From: an uncultured Clostridia bacterium
Lineage (GTDB): Bacteria > Bacillota > Clostridia > Christensenellales > UBA1242
DNA: 64,000 nt
Direction of reading: 5' to 3'
NCBI GenBank assembly: GCA_944350115.1
Contig: CALVNZ010000001.1
Coordinates: 24,483 to 88,482 of the forward strand
The notes beneath the pieces are model-generated. The model was given only the letters and a program-made list of their open reading frames with translations, was not told the origin of the DNA and did not search any database. This document shows positions 60,301-64,000 of this stretch, piece after piece. Made by a program: the position numbers and the translations under genes. Position 1 is the first letter of the stretch; each line of letters opens with the position of its first letter.

Positions 60301-63300
60301 TCATCAGTACCATCAGTATAATAATCTTTTAAGCCTAAAGTTCCTTCTCCGGCAACATTAAGCGTTTCTCCAGTAATTGCAAAACTATTCGAAATTCCAA
60401 CAACATAACTTTCAACTTGCCCAACAAAAGCGCCTTTTGTAGTCGCATTCAAAACCGCCCCGCTTGTGTAATTATAAACATAGCAATGCTCAAAATAGCC
60501 ATTTGTTGTAATATGTCCTGCAAAACCGCCAACATAATCTGCTGTTATTGTATTAATTTGATTACCTTCAAATGTGTAAAATTCACCATAAGTGTTGTAA
60601 ACTTTTCCATTATTTTTGCCGACAAACATACCAGCATAAGTTGTTTTGTCACTCGAAACGTCACTAAGGTCTATATTAACGCCTTCAACTCTTATTTCGC
60701 TTGTTGATTCTTCATCATCAAGTTTGCCAATTTGCCCATTATTTACACCAACAATAGCGCCAGCAAAAACGTCTGTTTGCTCGCCGTCTGTTTGCTCAAC
60801 GCCACCTGTTACTTTACTCATATTTATGGTTTGACCGCCATCAGAATTAGCAGTGTTAAACATTGTTATAGTGATGTTTTGGATGCTGCCGTTGTTAATG
60901 TTTGCAACAAAGCCTCCGCCTTGAACCTCTCCTGAAAGAATCAAGTTTTCAACTTTTCCACCTTCACCGATTTGATTAAAGAGTGGCTCTCCTTTCAAGA
61001 AAATTGAAGTGTTTTCATCATATCCTTTCAACGAGCCAGTCAAGTCTTTATCAAAAGAAACCCAATCTTCAAGTGTGATTGAATTCATAAGAACATAATG
61101 AAGGTTTGGATCAATTTCTGCAAACTGTCCAGCATTATAAATCCTTATTGCCGTTTCTTCACTTCTTCCATCAGCAACTGTTACTTTTATTTTCAAAATA
61201 ATGCTTGAATAATAAACTGTTCTTGCATCTTCATCAGTTTTGTCTGCTATAAAATAGCCATTTATAATTTCATCATATTTTGTTGAAATATCAGATATTG
61301 GAACACTTTTAAGCTCTTCTTCTCCTGACGAAGTTGTTAAATAAACAATCTGTTCTCGCCCTTGAACCAACCTAATGGCGTCACTAGGCAAAACATAAAT
61401 ATACCCCGTTCCGCCTTTGCTTAAATTATTTTTTAAGCTTACAATTCCTAAATCATTTATTGAAATAATGTCTTTTTCTGTTCCACTGTTTGCAACAAAA
61501 ATATATGTTAATTCATCATTGTAAGCGTCTAGTGGTGAAATTGATGTGATGATGTTGAATTGTTTGTCAGTCTGTTCAGTTGAATAAAGATCTAAATAAA
61601 TTTCTCCATCACTAGTTTTGTTTTCCCAAACCACGTTTTCAACTCTTGTTGCGTTGGTTATGAGAATTTGAATAGTAGTTGAATAAGTAAAGTTAAACGC
61701 TGAATATTTGACAACCAAACTATCAATAAAAGTCTTATACCCCCCGGTTGTTTTCGCAAATATATCAAAATTTATAGTTTGCCCTGTGATGAAAACATTT
61801 GCTATTTGATAATTGAAGCCTTCTTCTTCCAAATTAACATCATTGTCTGTTGAAGAAGAAAAACTAAAATTAGTTTTGTCAAAATATGTTATAGCTTGCC
61901 CATCAAGCCTAAATAAAACACTAACAGAATTTTGAGCCAGAGAGGCATCTTCTGTTGAAATAGAATCTTTAGCAATCAATGAAACGCTTGTAGGATTTGC
62001 TCTTAAACTTGTCGGTGCTGTGTAACCTTCTAAATAAAAAATCCTTTCAACTTTTATTTCTTGATGATTGGCGTCATAACCAACAAAAGTGAAAACAGCG
62101 TAACCTTTCACATCATTGGACACAGTCAAACGATTGGTTGTCTTTACAAATGAAACTCCACTTTCACCTTGATCGACTTCAAAATTTGCTCTCAAATAAT
62201 TGACTAGTGATGTAACATCATTTTGCGACACAATTTTTTCATTTGTTTTAAAAAATTCGAATGTATATGTGTTGTTTTTGAGCGTGACATTATTGTTTGT
62301 AATGATGTTCATTAAAACGGAATTGCCAGATTTTAAAATCAATTCTTGTAAAGTAAAAGAAGTGATTTGCCCCGATGTTTGATAACCATTACTTGATTGT
62401 GAAACAGCGTTTGTACTATTTCCTTGATAACTTAATTCTGCATTTGTCAGTGGAACAAAAGCTTGCACTGAAATTGAAGCAGTCGATTGAAAGCCATTTT
62501 TGTGTTTGACTCTAATCACCAAATTATCAGAGTTTATGTTAGTTTTTGTGTTTGAAACCACAAATTTTGCTGTTTGCCCTTCAAACGATAATTCCCCAAC
62601 ACTAAAATTATCATTAACTCCCCCTGATGAATTGGTCGCTTCAAGATATAAACCATTTGAGATGTCAGATAAATTTAAATCTTCGAGCATGAAACTTATT
62701 TCAATTTGGTTTAATTCATTTGTAGAAATAAAGTAAGTTGTGTTTACTCCTGGTGCAAAATTAAAATTGTCGTTTGGCGCAAAGTATTTTCGAAGATTGA
62801 AATTTAGGCAAATGTTTTCTGATTGAGTTGAATAAAATCCTACGTTGCAAATTTGTCCATTGACAAAAGTTCCTGTCGCTTTAAAATAAAGATTTGATCC
62901 GTTCTCAATTGGCTGACTTTGATAATACACTTTCCCATCAATAACAACTTGTGAAAAATTGTTTTGTATGTAAGCACTCTCATTTGGTCTTGACATGTAT
63001 ATGACAAAATTTCCACTAGGATTTTCGTCCATTCTTATCACGAAAGTGGCTTTGTCATTTGCAACAGTTGATGGCCCTAACGAAACGACAAAAGGACGGC
63101 CATAATTGTCATTTCCGTCTCCATTATAATTATTATAAACGTCTAAAACGTCACCATTGGTGACATTTTGCCCAGCAGAAACAACGCTTATGCTGTCAAT
63201 GACATCGACCAATTTAACTGAAAATTCATTCGTCGATTTAGAATAATTATAATCCTTGTAAGAAACTTCAAAGTGAATGTTTAAAGTCTCAACATCAGCG

Positions 63301-64000
63301 TTGCTGTTTTCGGCTTCAACAAGATATATAATTTCTGTCATACCATTTGAAGTTGTGTTTTTCGAAAATTGAGTTATTGTCAATTTATTTGTGACAACTT
63401 CTCCATTTGAATTTTTTACTATTGGATTTATTGTTAAATCTTTTTCAGCATCAACGGTAATTTTAACATAAAGTTTTGATTCATCTTTTGATTGGTCATT
63501 TTTCACCAAGTTGCTGTGAACAGATTCGTCATAGTCAATAAAATTTGCATTTTCACTTCTGCTAAAAGTCAAAACTGGGCTAGGCAATTGCTTTAAAACA
63601 TCAACAGTAACAACTGCACTGAAATCTGTGTATACGGAATTTGCAATTAGGGAAACTTGGTCTCCCACATATCCATTTTGAACAATCAAATTGTTTCCGT
63701 CCAAAACTAATCCTGTCAAATTGTTTTGTTGTTCCGGAGTGAACGACCAAGTCACATCTTTTCTGTTGCTTTCTCCACCTTCTCTAGAAACAAAATTTAT
63801 GTATCTTTCTGGATCAAGCACATTGACCAAATTTTCATCCACTTCACTTCTTATCACATATTGATCACTAACTTCACCTTCTGCATTTGTTTTTTGGCTC
63901 ATTCCTAAAATATCGCTGTAAACATAAACTTTAATAAGCTTTGTTCCATCGCCTTCATAACTTTTTAGTTCAACCAATCCATTTCCTTCGCTGACACCGG
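45327..64000 (-). CDS. Giant surface protein B, partial (>6,216 aa; N-terminus beyond window end): Ig-like repeats, at least 5-6 GLUG-motif beta-helix modules, C-terminal glycine-rich segment
   Basis: Frame stays open from 45327 to position 64000; the codons upstream of the track's TTG at 63977 read ..GVSEGNG-LVELK, so the real start is outside the window. GLUG-type module entries lie near nt 61170 (AIRIYNAGQFAEIDPNLHYVLMNSITL), 57710 (PLIIQTAEDFLNVA..YILLNDITL..LDGNGYSINI), 56280 (INPILITSAKDFKEAM..IDGNGFTINNISL) and 50950 (YPVRNFAQFKAF..FNGDGHTISNL). Long GG[LIV][VIF]G-repeat tracts run 54400-51000 and 46700-46150. Confidence 0.9.
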   Translation of the reverse strand, partial: GVSEGNGLVELKSYEGDGTKLIKVYVYSDILGMSQKTNAEGEVSDQYVIRSEVDENLVNVLDPERYINFVSREGGESNRKDVTWSFTPEQQNNLTGLVLDGNNLIVQNGYVGDQVSLIANSVYTDFSAVVTVDVLKQLPSPVLTFSRSENANFIDYDESVHSNLVKNDQSKDESKLYVKITVDAEKDLTINPIVKNSNGEVVTNKLTITQFSKNTTSNGMTEIIYLVEAENSNADVETLNIHFEVSYKDYNYSKSTNEFSVKLVDVIDSISVVSAGQNVTNGDVLDVYNNYNGDGNDNYGRPFVVSLGPSTVANDKATFVIRMDENPSGNFVIYMSRPNESAYIQNNFSQVVIDGKVYYQSQPIENGSNLYFKATGTFVNGQICNVGFYSTQSENICLNFNLRKYFAPNDNFNFAPGVNTTYFISTNELNQIEISFMLEDLNLSDISNGLYLEATNSSGGVNDNFSVGELSFEGQTAKFVVSNTKTNINSDNLVIRVKHKNGFQSTASISVQAFVPLTNAELSYQGNSTNAVSQSSNGYQTSGQITSFTLQELILKSGNSVLMNIITNNNVTLKNNTYTFEFFKTNEKIVSQNDVTSLVNYLRANFEVDQGESGVSFVKTTNRLTVSNDVKGYAVFTFVGYDANHQEIKVERIFYLEGYTAPTSLRANPTSVSLIAKDSISTEDASLAQNSVSVLFRLDGQAITYFDKTNFSFSSSTDNDVNLEEEGFNYQIANVFITGQTINFDIFAKTTGGYKTFIDSLVVKYSAFNFTYSTTIQILITNATRVENVVWENKTSDGEIYLDLYSTEQTDKQFNIITSISPLDAYNDELTYIFVANSGTEKDIISINDLGIVSLKNNLSKGGTGYIYVLPSDAIRLVQGREQIVYLTTSSGEEELKSVPISDISTKYDEIINGYFIADKTDEDARTVYYSSIILKIKVTVADGRSEETAIRIYNAGQFAEIDPNLHYVLMNSITLEDWVSFDKDLTGSLKGYDENTSIFLKGEPLFNQIGEGGKVENLILSGEVQGGGFVANINNGSIQNITITMFNTANSDGGQTINMSKVTGGVEQTDGEQTDVFAGAIVGVNNGQIGKLDDEESTSEIRVEGVNIDLSDVSSDKTTYAGMFVGKNNGKVYNTYGEFYTFEGNQINTITADYVGGFAGHITTNGYFEHCYVYNYTSGAVLNATTKGAFVGQVESYVVGISNSFAITGETLNVAGEGTLGLKDYYTDGTDESISDQTLWVSSGDANHQSYVRGEGEPHLKFYQSQALQNFGNIKVQTTEKSLPVANGKSGILFLHKLENTIGLSSAGSAALTNLNTISFTELFGEDAGNILVSSSNKNVAEVVGKSIIIKEVGDVTFTVTSKQNMTLSTPFEFKVLYVLSNFDVKYNGVSTSGFDLQEGKTANITFEIKSSVYLANEVSPRSIKLQSFKLTNKIVDSNETIQSLVTYSTNGMIGTIAFSKGLTEALEKAGKSYVTIKSAINVDSLEGLTDYQNAIQSAFSKSLNITPFKGSNEILSNVESIKIEPSIVAKINVTLFTDSESDGLVLGLNKNGVPLTFGAQNNGVTKLTINEETVSTKVYFTESVFDLTVARGTFNTDNSSYSYVLTFSISEDYKSKISENEIYNLVLSSVSGTSKDEGKAIELIATSQKINYVDIANYEAGRVSNVGGTIVYQKEDTAVSVLSPGKASFMEIVVDPEYAYYEYMTLTYQASDNSSLLTITKMTEFDSADVIGYKVDYSSGVSNVINGIKVSRSASQNGQYVFRLYVSANITSDVIFTITASFYDANGILINSSKNYQLFVSYLPQAEILVDGTSEAIIAKGGSAELTILLQQDQELDSLVAVGAVGVTISPKETWKVEEFDNGTKLYTAIMRASLNASLTGGENGTFEVEAKVSRYLNGEYEEKNSVAYVTIVDFKPVSASLSGAQYNDQNDTYMFTNYIGITNALTFNYSFSPDTYAYDASSTEEIGLVEDLLEARELFQNQGYYIDETSGFSINYKNGEAIPVYERLEINGSPITFTKSSDHVYTYSNARFRLTYTETTDSEGAVTGGHLTVTGLMTTTSPVYITLVDQIRINSSGENVLYEIETNFALSVTIFSDRDKPLIIQTAEDFLNVASEGQAEDYILLNDITLQNYTPIDSTNFRSLDGNGYSINIESFNVTGSGTLNLALFNNISSNSIIKNLRVNIYQRQAINVDVTSSGYSSINIAGLAINNAGTVTNCQVVSYKNSDSSFTNSGDLGLTVNYMRGSDLYYIDSNSTISSQVAGFVINNTGSITNSKVGGEEIIIIGEQIAGSDIFDYSTEKLSTFNIIAQGTVAGFVITNSGDIASSAVSQVQISNLASADTSQTSGFVITNSGDIRISAVQGVAKEDSDTYHRTGSNISAVGTVAGFVVRNTETATISDGYSNILISDASTLNSLTSAGFVYQNEGKIETSYAASYVEKANARQLSFSGVDANGNSLNTGSIELSYYYIADYDDDEASDVQGALDSANLISRDEVENQNAYYGFIFNSSDESTDGVWKLVSGKGVEPVSLSSKTISHRYYVARADGDYSLPYSILKDQDDSLAEVYNTAYGEDINPILITSAKDFKEAMGDSTSTYLSMQFNETEIFGAYRLVSDIDLSELNNAIGNAEVKSVDKIFEGVIDGNGFTINNISLSSNNNSVGLFGEARNALIQNLNIEIESVTAGSSVAVGGLVGLVKDSRIINISMTQKNQSSTTSDEQGILGRNVTGGILGAVFGDSQIVGLSVSGAMVQSNYYDSATTITDYKVYTRGDSWSFDKNAVRKYADENSNELFGDKGLGKVSFAGGVVGYIDIYSDSQYSQKTYNYVTNLTNSDYQVNNIRVTDSIDVRAEIVGGAIGFTGNQTRTQDVGIYVTNIENSFTNILSYNFLSGGLIGLGNGDFYQIFAQYEEDLQNEIESSTYLYYQTGSDSAERGLTNIFEKKSNDTGEQEYKPMYVGGLFGALESGHVYVAYNKLNVINPNIGGFAGGIAGVVFASSQFLIDNPISTDSMQATSHLFNEVYTSGDVYAFGVADGKATNFGGLFGEILANTKISMAAVNVVSEFGILGEGYVSDENPMGISVINALAGEISDSATVFVYPVSASGENLSEEIGEVKSFGYMATYTARGKTINVESGITKSEADDSDADSEADDSDADYVFKIPSVSEFSSPENGYTETNGAFINSNAWSSDNWIHETNKLYPTINLVNAVTYIYLDQDNKDTVVSKMQNSSIEVRVRGRHIDENTGAITYGYVDLSGYEISNFTGRLIGATDNSWFDNKGTFVATTVNDISSSDVMGNNYPGIIVSNTLFVDCGTGANFQNLNLIFKTSDETNSVFTSGTLQDVKFSNINAWFTNRVTINVEKANDGNLYGGLFASNARSTSFENMMLYFSSQKDAGDAIINFSVNEDVQLDQNSNASFGLLAGNLVQDSAFDSLKINNITIKHNNLESTPLMQVSLKDKSPENIYAGLYVGNLSNDQNVESSAGVMIRATAPQSIEEINDPSDFNTNVILTTTANIKINSNINFGGLFGKISTTNTNFTFSESDTYNKLLKLTISANQESGKALTLGGLVGDATLSKFSYVGEEQSKLNFELSTGSYGDGSIGLLFGKIKTSTNLTLSGGTLSGTISQTSNPTNTNGETTTTISATSAKIGGIVGANEGGTIQIDSMGVSLKVYKGSKEEFTTANFTSVDNDAQLYSASELNLGGIVGLNNGTIAVGENGNVTFNKSGEGENILVSSPTLNVGSVVGQNQYSSSVTIKEFSSSSIYSLWGDPGNAESESGVNAGGAIGFDLSSTSISGGTSASAKEINFADTFFISSKTINAGGVIGKLGNSSTATATAEIKNTSFSGAFKIYGAKANSGDHTIGGIVGIVYGTATITSNKTYGDVIYTYVYNNDEDNDFVCLNRYTFGGVIGYVQSGSATVTKNIVALTNNNQGRGTETHQVDAMVGNSNIQVTYKTTDDATPNYYSSQLVLATSDNAVDLNYFATGTSGYSPNGASYQADGSITIIEKLFGPNYGGEGTKGTKFNPITEGDVAKTEGDNPVPITTNGIQYYTGKYPSYISSTETDTDPEAYAFIGDWQKQTSAIDSLSQHCFVSGVYTELSVLDTNSSRDGKDSGGIVNTMTGGIVYACISSGTLSVGGEKQINLGGIVGLMTGGYINECSSSLEIFYRAAEGGTASGLATSLKTDNTTDTPLNRIYINNTYSTGTITSYIDANLFSFTNGAAESYTSGTDTSYHFYITNSYTISRVNWNDYTSDKTSHANTIYLGVTGSAQTPANFAYDPNALGDAYNKENKSTEAIDNSDDSQDTNKWIYPAPFNTSDTGSVPAGGILIGTDKGWSKDETINYGYPVRNFAQFKAFTTQTSIDGTTYQQIPNVTKLVQAGGTVLNYKLIDDIDFNNTSFNKENSEANPTIENPWTSLNFTYVQNFNGDGHTISNLRNQTLFSTVKNISNLRVTDAELLNQKAVVAVTLTGTADNVIASGTLTGSGTEIGGLFASASGAISNCKNYVRISGVTTSSANVGGIVGKSTDASISNCYNYSPIDVNSQSGYVGGIVGYFTTEATTQSTTSTTGISNCGNENTVFNGYTTSSRTNADYYAGGIAGYSKQSISNCYNTSMIKAGNKNINADGTKKAYAAGIVASVSNATVSGCVNIGFIEALGESPQTLANSTAEKVGNNWRLTLSYNTDNKINVVVDEIYISSDTTNNEANQMGGQTFKNGLYGSWTKSRTYQNSTTGLYNHAFGYSGTTFIDTSKTDKGNINGITISTSGLTSYISSVDQLGAPNGGFISATRSINYGAENKVSRSQIIYVPTSYINERETYYAYAVSGGNTSNRDSAVNAIKNLLATNGDNESDNSNYTNVAIAGQLYAFVNNGSQFISAISSDIYSATFKYEDKFNSDLTIDQLVEEGYVFSVCEVKAYEDQNCTQEASTVSILYTSATYGNGKVDVLIKYSNENSNNSIYFKYDLVATKNKTIETITLQASNLLKNDADKSVSIVNISRLENGMNFVNGQKYTVGNYKFTYSSSYDNLIYTGDDYISVFNSLNNQTININVNENVTTTVTIVSSISDSSEIVKENISINQSEIIKTSGSLIVGVEERTLVSPVFVDFDSRATKNPANESYVESANINKSESLGNDYRTLVETIVLKGHVNSFTLKDNGDNLDFNDITLSEGQTINVGLTFGGLGTTPGIIEITQFSYDSVNDKTTIVVRAHANSPYYFGSAAQNDFAKLNFTFNFYKTYTFSNEANFNDLFNQVSGEKDEIEMVSAVMGKSTNRSVLVTNSNGSYYYEQTYDKINSIEFTIKDNMFAEYSYNGEIKTPDAGKISFANINSTTSLSISKTMNPAEDEFAIYTYTYDTTSNTFGIDIDVKDNKTVAYSIGDVTKAVNASADNKKLSFSGFDSLESLMRLNIVNSSDDSEISYLVDVNNNLTGLSIAVKNNFSGIYSINQNNVTTRKAVTSNSKERNIEFNITTLQGLTIAKEIIDNSTKTSIDLTRPDQAHRDGDVVNVIVNEMVPYLIDEEITEVILTSDGKFEYAGATHNVVVEGEEIKTIDGQTCLQDNVFIINGQTFMIDLNINEDANNTLELLKVYVGDGGLIKIDDSNFITYYVNNQSTGEYKVDYYLNSVPISVSNNYLTIGDKSLLVRENLITKSGNYSIVSTEGSNNYTINGDFGNYDIVTLEIETLATPINQSLELNSYIYSINAPTENNFIESKKVIIDNEETIINEDSAFGPYENETLINIETSYKEFTVKLTPNGSTTEEGNKEKYGCIVLTADINVGYLESSIVGFNNIAANGKIINFGSTFGAFLNSVGTNASFIKDLAIAGSVVDVNENGTQAGILALSLNSGVINVTTYGTINVGQIGAVSAGGIAQELTGKISNVKNFASLSNFVKDGYAENSTIEMAGIAWDITTSSQIEAYNYGTIIGLRGADGENKMPRRFTLTSAAENGGDAYDGQNVYAISSSTITNPKNVTNHGIVIAGNGGNGGRGADGSGGRDNQDESAPLSGTYGGDGGCAGEAGTAYLYGPPAATTDEDTSSSNILSTGNNGTAGVAGNNGWGGLNLHKYSDTDAPDDDYAHNWKTTWNSVYENATCSNNNASRANRLKIYCDLYFDRDYNNEIIYANSDDVNSDGLLVGNAGSIWFKIYNYRGPAGGYVNIVNPEDTIISAEKIYWYKIGYHKIWTGGKHSVGLNGDGEKSFYYVGSPTSSIISPYTIS
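54518..54571 (-). repeat. 27-nt perfect tandem duplication encoding SEADDSDAD x2 inside giant gene B
   Basis: Plus-strand unit aatctgcgtcgctgtcatctgcttcag occurs twice back to back. Confidence 0.95.
60771..60800 (-). repeat. 15-nt tandem duplication (imperfect) encoding (E/G)EQTD x2 in giant gene B
   Basis: gtctgtttgctcgcc / gtctgtttgctcaac. Confidence 0.9.

Noticed and set aside
15027-63908. Short nested or antisense ORFs inside the two giant genes, the VirB4-like gene, uvrA and uvrB (e.g. 17299-17637, 27554-27904, 36254-36613, 40485-40868, 59767-60168)
   Set aside because: Same reasoning: each overlaps a far longer, motif-supported frame, and none has an SD or promoter.
1-64000. Mollicutes-type genetic code 4 (TGA=Trp)
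   Set aside because: Multi-kb ORFs are intact under the standard code with TGG for Trp. TGA terminates the radical SAM gene and the DUF1858 gene at positions supported by the downstream start and terminator.

Overview
This is a visibly AT-rich chromosomal segment (GC not computed) that uses the standard genetic code: the multi-kb ORFs are intact with TGG for Trp, and TGA acts as a stop. Coding is almost entirely on the minus strand. Gene content and lipobox signal peptides suggest a reduced-genome Bacillota (Mollicutes- or Erysipelotrichia-like) organism. Confident core genes are fhs, an SPL/COG1533 radical SAM gene, rpoB-rpoC, hflX, class II fba, an htrA-like protease, a walJ/yycJ-like MBL hydrolase, uvrA and uvrB. 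About 45% of the window is two giant surface-protein genes. Gene A (14852-25279) encodes a 3,475-aa lipoprotein. Gene B (45327 to beyond 64000) encodes more than 6,216 aa, with its N-terminus outside the window. Both alternate Ig-like beta-sandwich stretches with GLUG-motif (GG[LIV][VIF]G) beta-helix modules. The most interesting locus is a VirB3/VirB4-type secretion ATPase (25292-28021). Its stop codon lies 12 nt upstream of the gene A start codon, and the pair sits directly upstream of rpoBC. No other type IV secretion, relaxase, integrase, transposase, tRNA or repeat boundary is visible anywhere in the 64 kb. Other accessory-looking content:
- Two paralogous membrane-tethered wHTH proteins flank a 486-aa coiled-coil protein.
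- Two RadC/JAB genes lie in tandem.
- A stand-alone RyR-like gene is inserted between uvrB and uvrA.
- A 604-aa orphan protein forms its own transcription unit.
At least five genes have an extended -10 box 5-7 nt upstream of an SD-less ATG, which predicts leaderless mRNAs. No rRNA, tRNA, CRISPR array, IS element or prophage was seen. All domain calls come from reading motifs by eye; no database search was run.
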